Shown: positions 10,412-22,259 of the stretch, in pieces
How positions within the stretch are numbered: the first letter of the stretch is position 1
How the letters are laid out: every line of letters starts with the position of its first letter
NCBI GenBank assembly: GCA_032718475.1
Contig: JAUCBJ010003027.1
Location: 1 to 43,573 of the forward strand
Direction of reading: 5' to 3'
DNA length: 43,573 nt
DNA from: Nemertoderma westbladi
Lineage: Eukaryota > Animalia > Xenacoelomorpha
Translations under genes and position numbers: made by a program
The notes under the pieces: model-generated
What the model was told of the DNA's origin: nothing
What the model saw: only the letters and a program-made list of their open reading frames with translations
Database searches by the model: none

Positions 10412-11356
10412 TAGTGCTGCGACCTGAAAGAAAATTTGACTTGTTTCGGTTTCAGTTCGTTCATTTCAGTTCAAGTTTCAGTTCCAGTTCCCAAAAAATA
10501 ATAATTTCAGTTTTAGTTCTTGTTTCAGTTCTAATAAACCTATTTATTTCAGTTCTAGTTCCAGTTCCCAAAATATATAGTTTCAGTTCTATTTTCAGAA
10601 AATTTTGCAAGTGTCTTGTTTACATACTGGTACATAACCTAATGCCGTGGCCAGTCGTGTGGTACCCACCGATGGATCCGACTGCCATTTATTAAATTTT
10701 TAATGAAAATAACCGGAATTTTTAGCTGCAAAAAGGTAATTGTTGGTTTACAATCACGTGTTACTTGAAAATAAAATATATATTTGAGTAATTCAATTCC
10801 AAAAGGTGCTAAAATGGGTGCCAGGATCTCCCCATCTCGAAAACTACTGGAGCTATTACAATTTTTATTTGCATTATCTGTTGAAAGAGGACCTAATTTA
10901 GTTAGGGCCAAGTACTTTCGACGTGCTAGTCCTGCTATACCTTGTTTTATAGATTCTAACTAAGATAGGCCTATTTAACAGGCCCACTAAATTTGTGAAC
11001 TTTGCAGTCATTTGGCTGTTCGTATCTATCTATAGTACTGTAGGTTAGTAGGTCTTGCAACACAATAAAGCAAATTACATTTATTTATTAAAGATTGAAT
11101 AGTATTTATGAACACTAAAAAAGCGAATTTTAAATTTGTTCTTATTCCCAATTTATAGATTATACTTTAAGTTTTAAATTTCTGGCAATTCAGTTCTAGT
11201 TCCAGTTCCAGTATTCCAAGATAACAAGTTTCAGTTCTAGTTTCAGTTTCAGTTTTAAAAAAATGAATGTTTCAGTTCCAGTTCACAAAAATTGCCAAAA
11301 ACAATTTCAGTTCGATTTCAGTTCCAGTTCAATTTCAGTTTCAGTTCCCAGCACTA
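10412..11356. mobile_element. Non-autonomous hAT-type DNA transposon
   Basis: TIRs TAGTGCTGCGACCTGAAA / TTTCAGTTCCCAGCACTA; 8-bp TSD ATTATTAT on both sides; subterminal TTTCAG repeats. Confidence 0.85.
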
Positions 11357-12044
11357 ATTATTATAACATCAGCAGTTTCTATCACTTATATAATGTATAT
11401 GTACAATCATTTCGTAATGTTAAAATTTTGGAATAAAACTACATACGTACTTGTTGCAAAGTACTTTACAGTGTTCTGATCCTCGTGGCTTTATTTTCAC
11501 TCACTCACTAACGTTCGTTCGTGTAACAAAGCCACTCGGATCATCACACTATAAAGTGCTACTTTACACACAACTATGTAAATAGTTATTACTATAACTT
11601 TATCTTACTGATATTTCACAAGTGTAAGATAAAGTGAGTGTTAACCAAAACCCGCCACATATACTATTAACTTTGAGGAATTTAACCAAAATTGCAATCC
11701 CGTTCCCGAAAAAAGGGATCCCGAGAGGGATAATCCCGATCCCTGAAATCCCGAAATGTCTGATACCGTTTAAACACTAGATGTATAGAATCTGATTGCA
11801 TTTGTGTTCAACGTGTACTTCGACGCATACAATTCTTGTATAAGTGCCATCCGAAATTTGGTGTCCTCTGTAGTTAGAACCCAGATGTACTGGTTCTACT
11901 GTTGCTCTAAATAATCTATCATTGAGATTGCGCTTAGTTATATGGGACTTCCAAATCCCGAAATGGTGGCATTATCTATTATCGTCAATACCTACCATCT
12001 CTGCCTTTCTTCTTTTAACCTTTTTGTTTACTCTCGTCTCCTAG

Positions 12045-12136
12045 GTGACGACGATGACGAGGTCGACGACCTAGACGGCGATGATGACGAGGATGAGGCG
12101 GGAGATTCAAATGAAGGGGATTCGGGGGCGGATTGA
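12045..12136 (+). CDS. Terminal coding exon of the acidic-tail gene (DDDDEVDDLDGDDDEDEAGDSNEGDSGAD*)
   Basis: Long pyrimidine tract and CCTAG acceptor; phase 1 fits the previous exon; TGA stop; AATAAA at ~12648 and ~13093. Confidence 0.75.
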
Positions 12137-13596
12137 ACCGGAACCGGAAGTTCGTAACAATCAACCGACACACACACACACACACAACCCCAACAGAGAG
12201 TAACTGGCTATTAATAGCAGACCTTACAATATTTAATGTAAACTTTCAACAGCTGCCATGGAAACTCCAATCGCGTTGAAGCATTCCTGGGTTGCTCATA
12301 TTGTTTTGCCATCTAGCGGATGGTTGCCGTACGACTGTATAGTTTTTTAATCTCATTAATTGTTTCTCTGTTGTCTTTTGGCTTATATTTTCGGATAATA
12401 TTTTATCAGAACAACTCTTCCATTCTGAAAATCACTTTTGAGTTATTAAATTGTTCAACTTATAAATATTTCAGGTCTAAATAATTTATTAAAGTTGGTG
12501 ATATTTTCCTAATTTCTTTCGTTATTATTTTTATGTATTTTAAACGAAAAACTATTAAATTATTATTTATATTAACCTTTCTGTTAGAGTTGATATATTC
12601 TTTATTATATTCGGTTACGTGCAATTTTGTTAAAGTGACGACTGTTTAATAAAGGTAAATTGACTACTGACTGTCCACATGTTATACTACATGGAAGACA
12701 GAACCTAATTACAAGCAGTTAATTACCAGTTTGGTTATATACCTTCAGTATCATGTAGTTATAGGGGGGATTAAGGACGTAACTTAGAATTCAAGTGTAA
12801 CAGGTACCACCACTGACAGTTTAAAACTGTTGTAGCCTCACTATGTTTGTGTGTGAATGAAGAGATTATACCATGTTACTTTTACTATGTTTATATGATA
12901 ATATTATTCCATGATAATGTCATAGCTGTTTTTGACTTACTGTATGTATAAATAACGTTCGCAGTCTTACAAAGAGGCCTACTTACTCTGAATTTACTGT
13001 AGTCAGTTTCCATTTTACGTTGTTTTCCTATATTTAATAGTTCTGTAATAATATTATTTGACTTGTTTGTTTCATTTTCGATATCTTGTGTATATTTCGT
13101 ATTTTAAGAATTAATAAACTAGTTTTGGAATTGTTGTTTCTCACTTAATTTTATTTTTCTTGACAGAAAGATAATCCCATTAATAACAAACTTTACGATA
13201 ATATTTAGAAACAGCTGAGACGCAAATCCTTTCTCCTCCTTTCATTTTAATCTCTGGCTGACCTTTTCCAGAAAACACCATGTTATATATCTCACTCAAA
13301 CTATTCCAGATAAGAAAGACAATTATTAATGACGGGTCCTACTAAACTAAACTCCCAAAAGAACCCAATAGAACCTAAAAATAACCTAAATTTGTTATAA
13401 ACATTAGATTTTACGCAGATGTCCTTTTGCGCAGATTTTCTGCCACTCGTGCTTAGATCTATTCTTCGAATTAACTAACCTGACTCTTTAACCGACCAAA
13501 TAGAATAATGACATTATACTGTAAGTTACTTTGTTAAGTCACGCAAAAAAAACTCAAAACACACTGTAGTGGATCTTAGTAGTTTTCAGTAGTGGC

Positions 13597-13955
13597 TTTT
13601 CTAACCAAAACAATAAACCTTTTTTTAGCAATACATGGAAAGGAGCAGGTTACAAAGCCGCTCTTTTCTATCCAAAAAAATAAACCTTTTCTTTAGAAAT
13701 ATAGGGAAAGGAGCAGGTTACAAAGGCGGTCTTTTATAACCAAATAGCAATACAGGGAAAGGAGCAGGTTACAAAGGCGGGATGTTCTAGCCAAAACAAT
13801 AAACGTCTTATTTAGCAATACAGAGAAAGGAGCAGGTTACAAAGGCGGGCTTTTCTAACCAAAACAGTAAACGCTTTATTTAGCAATACATGGAAAGGAG
13901 CAGGTTACAGGGGCGGGCTTTTCTAACCAAAACAATAAACTTTTCCAAAGGCGGG
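13597..13955. repeat. ~62-bp tandem repeat, ~6 copies (GGAAAGGAGCAGGTTACAAAGGCGG core)
   Basis: Read directly. Confidence 0.9.
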
Positions 13956-13988
13956 GTAGCTCAGTTGGCTGAGCGCCGGGCCTGCAAA
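13951..13988 (+). pseudogene. 5' half of a tRNA-like sequence
   Basis: GCGGGGTAGCTCAGTTGGCTGAGCG (A-box/D-arm) ending at a CTGCAAA loop; no T-arm. Confidence 0.45.
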
Positions 13989-14250
13989 GGTTATTTAGAA
14001 TAGTCTACAGTACTAAAATTCTGAAATAATTAGTAAATTGATTTTTTAGTAAATATAAATAGGCCTAATAGTGATAGTAAATTACACAGTATCAGTAGGC
14101 ATACATACGTATTGCAGTTCCGCAATATTATTCTTTCTAGGGTTTAGGCATTATCTTTACACCACTCTTTCCTTTTACTGATACTGGTAAGTGGTAATGT
14201 ACTGTACAATCGGCAGTGTATAATTGGCATGCTGCATTGCAGCTGCATTT

Positions 14251-14570
14251 TTAAAAATGCTGTGCCGGCTTGTCGACAAAATTGCGCAGCCACAACTCCC
14301 TATCACCCATGACATTTGCTAGATCATCCGCATCTTCAAGGCCAGTGTCCTTTAAGATGCGTCTCAAGAAAGTCATGGGCTGTCCACCATACTTATTCAC
14401 TCCATGAGGCTGCCAAAGTACAATATTATGCACTGGCTGGTCCTCACGGCGAAAGCAATGTCCTGCAAAGCGGAGGCGATTTTGTTCTAGTATCAAGCTT
14501 GGGGGAACCAATGAGACACCTCCAATGTTATATAGTGTCTGGTTGGAGATGTGTGCATTGTACTTGACAC
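14251..14570 (-). mobile_element. 3' fragment of an RTE-group non-LTR retrotransposon ORF (continues at 15241-15262)
   Basis: HISNQTLY...RLRFAGHCFR...VLWQP...MGDRELW are typical RTE C-terminal motifs. Confidence 0.8.
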
Positions 14571-15240
14571 AATGAAGCAGGCGAGGCTAGACGTTTCGGT
14601 GAGCGGATTCTGGGGCAACCGCTTCCAGAAGACGTTCATCGACGTCTCAGTCTTTAACCCGCTGGCAGACACCAACGCGGCGATGTCCCTTCCGGCAGCC
14701 CACCTACACCACGAGTCTCGCAAGAGACTCAAGTACGAGGACCGGTTGCGGGAGGTCGAGCACGCCAGCTTCACTCCGCTTATCTTCTCGACGTTCGGTG
14801 GAACTTCGCCGGCAGCGTCGCAGTTCCTCAAGCGCTTGTCACTGAAGCTGTCCGACAAACGTGACTACCCGTACTCCGAGTGCGTGGTGTGGGTGCGCAG
14901 GCGGCTGAGCTTCGCGCTATTGCGATCAGCCCTCCTCTGTCTGCGTGGCAATCGGTCCGCCAGGAAGCGTCCGGTGAGGTGCGATGTTGGGGAAACGTCC
15001 ATCGTCCTCAGTAACGCCGACAGAAATCCGGTGTGATGGGTTAGTTCATTACAGTACTGCAGTATTCAGGTATTACCTGCAGACAGTACTGGTATTGCAG
15101 TCCTGTAGGCAATATTCTACTGTTGTGTTCATACGGTTGCTAGGTGATGGGTAATGACAGCTGGTGGTGGTTGAATTATGTCTGTCCAGTAATTTTTGTG
15201 CTTTGTGTGTTATTTTTAAAGATGAATATAATATAATATA
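14571..15240 (+). mobile_element. 5'-truncated CRE-clade non-LTR retrotransposon (restriction-like endonuclease region, 3'UTR, ATATA tail)
   Basis: ARLDVSVSGFW...FIDVSVFNP...HESRKRLKY...FTPLIFSTFGG...LSFALLRS...CLRG; stop at 15036; AATATAATATAATATA tail. Confidence 0.8.
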
Positions 15241-17488
15241 CTGTCAATGTCCTGAGGAAGCTTTAAAAAAATTTAATGAACCCGGCGTAGCATTCTTGTG
15301 AATGTGCCATCCAGAGATTTGGTGTCCTCAGCAGTTAGAGCCCAGCGCCAGCATGGACTCCCATAGAGGAGTACTGGAACCACTGCTGCTCTAAATAATC
15401 GAAATAAAGTGGTAATGTAGCCCAAGAGAACAGCAGTAGAACCGGATAACTAATTCGTAAAATAAAACTTAAAAAACGGACTAAAAGTCTAAATAAACTG
15501 ACATAATAATAAGTGATTTAAAAGCAAGAGAAATAATTCTGAAAAAAAGATCCCCTTGGCCCCTACAAATCTAACAAAATATGACCTTTCCAATACAACC
15601 AACCAACCACCCGCCATCCATCTGCTGTAATTCGAGCAGGGGGGGCGGGGGGGGGGGGGGGGGGCATTCCTCAAAGCGACACGATGAAGTCCACGAGGTA
15701 TTATTAGTGGACCTAAGCGAATCCATGGTGGGACCCCTTTCGCTTTCAGGTCAAATGGAATTAACTGATCCTGATCCGGGGCTGTGCAAGACAGTGCAAG
15801 ATTCGAAGTCATTAGCGTTCATCAAGGCTGCCGTTGCTATACACTAAGGGATATTGGAGGCCTTGTAAGAATTATGGGAGGAGTGATGCGGCGTCTACAG
15901 TTCGTGCTCCTCCAGAAGAGATCACTGTGCCTTCGTGGCGGCCGGCAAAAGATGGTGAGCTGACATGCGCGGATAGCCCATTGCAACGCAGTAGGCCTAC
16001 TATAGGGGATACATACTGTAATTAGAAATTACCTTACAAACTTTAACTATTGTGCTTAAAATAGTTTGATTCATTTTGTATTGTGCTATTATATTCATGC
16101 TACAGTATTCAATGATTTTATGGTATGAGATTATTGAATACAGTCAAGTTGAACAAATCTGGCATAACAAATTGCATTATACTCGTCAATAAGTTATTTT
16201 GGGTTCTTTTGGGTGTTTTTGGGTTCTTTTGGGTTGGTTCTATTGGGTTCTTTTGGGAGGTTCTTTTGGGTTCTATTTGGGTCTTTTCGGGTTTTTTTGG
16301 GTTGTTTTGGGAATTTAGTAGGCCTATGACCGATTAATGAGCAACGTCAGGTAATCCTTAGTACCGGGCTATAAAATATTGTACAAATACCGGGGGGGGG
16401 GGGGGGGGTCATATTGACCATCCCCCCCCCCCCCCCTGCTCTAAAATCTACAAATTTTAACGAAAACGTCTGATTTTTTGTTTGTACGTCGATTTCACTG
16501 TTATGAATCCGACCGAAAAAAACTTTCGAAAAAATGTACTGTGTTCGCGTTTCACACAGATGTGTGAAAAGAGTGTGACTTTCGGAAAGAAGTCAGATGC
16601 AATTATAATGTATGTGTATAGGGGGCCTATGGTTTCTATACTTCAGATACTTAGATACAAAGGCCTAGCCTACATTTGTCTCTTGTTATGGTTATAATTT
16701 CCTTGTCTCAAATTAGGGGAAATTCATGGAAACCGATACCATATTAAAGACAGTAGTCAAATGTAAAACTATGAAATCTTTACCACATAAAAATAGTTTT
16801 ATATAAAAATATAGCCTTTTTACTATAAAATGTCATAATTTCGAGAATCAGGTCAAAGTGGAATGCAAAAATCTCATATCGATTTTAAAACCTTAAAATT
16901 TATGAAAAAAAGCTTCGATTTTTGACGGGCCGCTAGAATATTATAAGTATATCCAATCCGGTTGAATTATACCTAACGATGTACAGGAATGGTTACAGAT
17001 CATTATTCGAATTAGTTTTAAGTAGGTTTCTGTAATTATTTGGCTATAGGAGCCCCTTGAAGTTGATATTGAATTTGTCTCACGTTTGGGTCCATGTCTC
17101 AAATTAGGCAGAATGACTGTAGTCGATGATATAAATACGTAGGCCTACACATACTGTACCTACATACTGTATAGGCCTACAGTAGAATCTATTTTTTTTA
17201 ATTTTAATTTTTAATATTAATCAAATCAGCGGTCGTTAGTCTATAATTATTTTATAGCTTTCTTCGTAACATTTATGCAAGAGAACAAACAATTTACAAT
17301 GGTGAACATCTAATATATTTTTTTACAATGATAACAGCAGTTAGAGTAAATTTAATTAAATAAACACAAACTTGTATAAATTACAGTAATTCGCCCTGCT
17401 TTAACAAGCAAAGTGCCCAGTGGGTATTTCAACCAGCATGTTTGCCCGAAAAACTACATATATTGTTAATAAATCGTTGTGGATATTT

Positions 17489-17736
17489 GACCCGGAATGA
17501 CCAACAGGCTATCGTTCTGATGGGAGGTGGTCCGGGGTTCGACCCCTTGCTGACCCAGTTACAATTTCCAAACAGGTGTGTCAAACCCAGCGATATGGGA
17601 ATCTAGCGTTTGTTGGGGGGTTAAAGAATATGGTTGTGTAGTAGTTACGGATTGTTTAACCTTTCAAGCTAGTGTGTCGGCATCCCTCCCTTCAGGCAAC
17701 AGACAAGAGAGAGGGCCCAATAACTTTTACTTTTAC
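17489..17736 (+). mobile_element. tRNA-derived SINE
   Basis: B-box GGTTCGACCCC at ~17536, ~190-bp body, (TTTTAC)2 tail. Confidence 0.6.
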
Positions 17737-18494
17737 CACTTAAGAAAAGAAGTTATGCAGGCCTACAATATTACAGTTTATATCCTAAATATTAAGCCGT
17801 GTAATTTCTTAGCTCATTTTCGCGACATTAATATTGTTGAATAAATTTAAGCAGCATAGAGGCTTTAGTATAAAACGGGAGCCTATACAGTTATAACTTA
17901 ATAATTGTTGGCAGTTTGTTGTGTACTGAACTTCCCACATTGCTTGTGTGGTATATAATAATTTTTATTTCTCTACATTGAATGTTTTAAGGCAGAGCCA
18001 CCTAACGGTATAATTATGTACTAATTTCTACGTCCCATAGAATTAAGCATTGCCTGTTCCAAGAACAGGCCATCTCAACCAACTGACCAATAGCAGGGCA
18101 GGAAATCGCATTAACCTTAGAGAATAACTGGAAGGAGAACTGAATTGGCGGCATTACTGTAGTGGCTACGTTGGCAAAGGGAGTAATGTTGTACAGGGAA
18201 GGCAATGGTACTGTTGTGGAGTAATGAGTGTATGGAGGGAATAGGGAGTGGTTTAAATGGGCCTATCTATGATCTATATGAAGTGTGAAGGGCCGTTTGC
18301 TTGAATATCAGTTGAACAAATTCCTGAGTGGTGACGCCAGAGTTAGGTCGGTTGTTTTTGTTTATATTTAATATTTTTAGAGAAACATTTAAGAGTTCGT
18401 CAGTCAGTCAGTCAGTTTGGATTCCACTCCACAGGTCTGTCTGTCCGGTACTTTGGCTAACTGTAACTGTAATAGGCCTACGTACGTAATCTGC

Positions 18495-18566
18495 GGATTG
18501 GAACAAGCTAATACGTTGCGTCATCATTCTGTCATTGTTTAGTCACATGACTCTGCCGGAAGTTTC
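18495..18566 (+). promoter_or_regulatory. Probable promoter of the JADE-like gene
   Basis: Clustered GATTGG (CCAAT), TGCGTCA (CRE-like), AGTCACATGACT (E-box) and CCGGAAGT (ETS) ~2 kb upstream of the first coding exon. Confidence 0.5.
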
Positions 18567-19094
18567 TTAATTATCGGAATTCAGAGACCTTCAGGTTGTC
18601 AGGGCTGCAACTGGCTACTGGACTGCTGGAAGGTGGAACGAAACCTGTCAACTTCCGAAGATAGCAAGGTTACTGGGTTAGTCAAACTGCTGTTAACTAC
18701 CGGTATGTAACTAACTACCGGTAGGCCCTATCAGACTATGGGAATCGGTTCCGTACCGGTCACCGGTCTTAGCAGCTTGGTAGTCACTGTCTACAACTAC
18801 CAGTTTGGGTTGGGCAGTACCGGTACCAGTGTACCGATACTGCACTACACTGATACAGCCTAGCTGCCTAGTACAGTAGTAAGTGCACTGCAGTAGCCAG
18901 TAGGCCTACAGCAGTAGCCAGTACAGCAGTAGGCCAATCGCTGCAGGTGTATTGTGTATTTGGTAGGGCTATGGATTATTGGATTACGCTGTTAGGCATT
19001 AGGCCTAGCTGCCTACCGGCAGACCGGTATATTATTATTCACTTAAATAATTATTATTTATAGGCCTATTTATTCACAATTCTCAGTCCAACCA

Positions 19095-20140
19095 AAGTCT
19101 GTGTCATGTCAATACTCTGAAGTCGGTCATCGGATTCAGTACTCGGAAGTCGGAGTCAGTGCTCGGCCTCGGAAGTCTGTATCAGTTCAGTACTCGGAAG
19201 TCCTTTTCAGTGATCGGAAGTCTGTGTCAGTGGCAGTGCTCGGAAGTCCTTCTCCTTATCAGTGATAGGAAGTCTGTGACAGTACTTGGAAGTCTGTTTC
19301 AGTACTCGGAAGTCTGTGTCACTGCTCGGAAGTCTGTGTCAATACTCGGATCGGAAGTCTGTTTCAGTACTCGGAAGTCTGTTTCAGTAGGCCTACTCGA
19401 AAGTCTGTGTCAATACTCGGAAGTCTGTGTCAGTACTCGGAAGTCTGTGTCAATACTCGGAAGTCTGTGTGTACTCGGAAGTCTGTGTCAATACTCGGAA
19501 CCGGAAGTCTGTTTCAGTACTCGGAAGTCTGTGTCAGTGCTCGGAAGTCTGTGTCATGTGTCAATACTCGGAAGTCTGTGTCAATACTCGGAAGTCTGTG
19601 TCAGTCTGTCAGTACTCGGAAGTCTGTGTCAATACTCGGAAGTCTGTGTGAGTACTCGGAAGTCTGTGTCAGTCTCGGAAGTCTGTGTCAATACTTGGAA
19701 GTCTGTTTCAGTACTTGGAAGTCTGTGTCAGTACTTGGAAGTCTGTGTCAGTACTCGGAAGTCTGTGTCAATACTCGGAAGTCTGTGTCAATACTCGGAA
19801 GTCTGTATGAGTACTCGGAAGTCTGTGTCAATACTTGGAAGTCTGTTTCAGTACTCGGAAGTCTGTGACAATACTCGGAAGTCTGTGTGAGTACTCGGAA
19901 GTTTGTGTCAGTACTCGGAAGTCTGTGTCAATACTCGGAAGTCTGACAATACTCAGAAGCCTGTGTCAATACTCGGAAGTCTGTGTCAATACTCGGAAGT
20001 CTGTGCCAATACTCGGAAGTCTGTGTCAGTACTCGGAAGTCTGTGTCAATACTCGGAAGTCCTTATCAGTGCTCGGAAGTCCTTATCAGTGCTCGGAAGT
20101 CTGTGTAACTGCTCGGTAGTCTGTGTCAGTGCTCGGAAGT
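19095..20140. repeat. 20-bp minisatellite (A/G)TACTCGGAAGTCTGTGTCA, ~45-50 copies
   Basis: Read directly. Confidence 0.95.
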
Positions 20141-20571
20141 CTTGTCGTGTTTTGTTTCTTTAATAGCCCGGGTGCCTAGGACTACTAAAATAATTTATAT
20201 TTGTGAGACGCATATATTGGGAATAACACCATGTCAGTCATGTCACTAGTTTAATTTTACGAATTTATTAATGTTTCTGCGCGCTATGACATCGTATTAA
20301 TATTCTGAATTTTGCACTCGCTGGATTTGTTGCACTCGCTTCGTTCTTTATAAAATCTGACAACTTGTGCAAAACTCACAGAGATAATTAAATCTTGTTA
20401 AATATAGAAGCTATAATGACAAAAAGTCCCCTTCTATTTACTTTATCGTGTCTCAATAACTTTATTTTATTATCGCAAATATTTCAAAGAATTCATTTTC
20501 CTTACAGCCAAGGAGATATATACCCCTGCTATTAAGTAACTATAGTAACCGCGGTTAGGGTCTACAATGAG

Positions 20572-20637
20572 ATGGTTGTTAACCAGCGGTTGGTTGAGTT
20601 AACTGCTATGGGAAGTGTCGCCGCGCAAATGGAAAAG
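20572..20637 (+). CDS. JADE: JADE-like gene, putative coding exon 1 (MVVNQRLVELTAMGSVAAQMEK)
   Basis: TTACAG acceptor at ~20507, ATG at 20572, AAG|GTAATA donor in phase 0; no family motif here, so inferred from phase only. Confidence 0.5.
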
Positions 20638-20871
20638 GTAATAATTCTAGATTTATTTAACTCGTAAAACATTGTAACAAGGATTTTCAGGTATACTAAT
20701 TAATCGTTGGTCTAGTGTTTATGAAACCCGTCTGACTGCCTGTCAGTAGAGAGACACTACATCCCAGTGCAGTACAGACAGTGTTAATTATGGTTTAGGC
20801 CGCGCCGTCTCTATTTATAAAATTGATTAATCATTTATTATTTTTAGGCCTATTTCGTTGCTTCCCATTTA

Positions 20872-21589
20872 GGGGGGGGGGGGGGGGGGGGTTACACCTC
20901 ATCGATTTATCACTCTCAGCGTTTCAAAATTGTTTGGTTTTGGCTTAAATTTGGCATATAGGTGCCTAAGATGTTATTCTACATGACAGGTCAGAAATTT
21001 TTTTTTTTCGCTATTTAATATTAGTTAATACTAGTTAACAACAAAAAAAAACTTGGTTGCGCTTAAAACCCTAAGGCTTTTACAGTTTTGAATCTAATCA
21101 CATGAAAGTTTTTTATATGATAGAACAAAGATGGGGCAACATAACTATCAGGCGAAATTTTGTTAAAATAATTCTGCACCGCTAGGTGGCGCTGAAAATT
21201 TATGCAAATTTTCAGGTTTTTTATAAATAGTATTAAATTTTATTAACAAAAAATTTCGAAATGTTGTCTGATACTTTTATGCAGGGTGGTTATGTAGACA
21301 CCCACAGAAAGTTTCAGACTAATTACTCAAAAATTGTAGAAGTAGTGTAGTAGGGTTTTGAAGTTGACAATTTCATAAAAATATATATTTGGAGCTAATC
21401 GACCTTTCATTATATATTAATTTCAATAGGATTCCCTAAATTGAAATTGTTATAACTGGAAAACTAAAAGAGCTATTAAATAGCGGTTTTCAGATTTGGA
21501 AACACCATTCAATGGTGCATTATAATAGACCATAAAAAAAATTTCGACATATTTTGGACCAAAATGGTGACCCCCCCCCCCCCCCCCCC
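20872..21589. mobile_element. Kolobok-like non-autonomous DNA element
   Basis: Poly-G...TTACACC and GGTGA...poly-C inverted termini; flanked by TTTA and TTAA; internal CTCF-type site CCGCTAGGTGGCGC at 21179-21192. Confidence 0.55.
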
Positions 21590-21732
21590 TTAAACACTAT
21601 GTCTTCACGAATAACTTGTTTTCCCATCAAGGATGCAGATTTTTTCAGACTCTCCCGAGAGTTTCTCTTCCTTTTTAGCAATAACTAATAATGTATTCGG
21701 ATTAATATTAAAGCGATATTTAAATATTTCAG

Positions 21733-21836
21733 ACGCTAAGAACTACCCTTCAGTTAGGACCTTCTACCAGACTGGCTGATATTAAAGCTGAACCTGCTGA
21801 TCCTGTCCCCACAAACTACAGGGATGTCTTCGGAGG
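21733..21836 (+). CDS. JADE: JADE-like gene, putative coding exon 2 (TLRTTLQLG...IKAEP...YRDVFG)
   Basis: TTTCAG acceptor, GG|GTTAGT donor; phases 0 and 2 match both neighbours. Confidence 0.6.
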
Positions 21837-21942
21837 GTTAGTAACACATTGAAATGCATTTTTATATTATTATTGTTATATTTCAATTTTTAAAAAGTAT
21901 TAATTAATAAATTAATTAATTATTAGGTCATTTAAACCTCAA

Positions 21943-22183
21943 GGGCTTTGGGTGAAGAATTCTGAAGGAGCGAATAGAATAATACTCGACCTGCCGGATC
22001 CAACTCTCGATTTTGATCCCGACCTGCGGCAAATTAATTGTTTCGCTTCATTTGCTATCGGGTTCCGTGATGTTTTAAAGTAAAAGTATTTAAAAAAAAG
22101 TAATTATTTAAGTTAATTAAAATAAACCTTTCCGATTTGTTAGTCGAAAACCAGGAATCCCTCCTAATTTCTTCACTCAGAGT
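21943..22183. repeat. Degenerate inverted-repeat (MITE-like) element
   Basis: GGCTTTGGGTGAAGAATTCTGAAGGAG is roughly inverted to CTCCTAATTTCTTCACTCAGAGTC. Confidence 0.4.
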
Positions 22184-22259
22184 CCCGCTACATTTCATAT
22201 AAGAAGTATAAGGACCCTTGTTTGCTGTTTATTTCCATTTAGTACTATATTGCCCTGAT

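Larger units (their letters stand above)
13335..16324. mobile_element. Possible degenerate DNA transposon enclosing nested repeats
   Basis: GGTCCTACTAAA...CCCAAAAGAACCCAATAGAACC at the left is inverted to GGTTCTATTGGGTTCTTTTGGG...TTTAGTAGGCC at the right; TSD unclear (ATGAC flanks both ends). Confidence 0.5.

Noticed and set aside
13951-13988. Functional tRNA gene (also ~3163, ~24890, ~25150)
   Set aside because: Partial or unpaired arms; no full cloverleaf could be built
15581-16025. Short ORFs as transposase remnants
   Set aside because: No recognisable catalytic motif; cannot be supported without a search
19159-20163. Cys/Ser/Val-rich ORFs
   Set aside because: Translations of the 20-bp minisatellite
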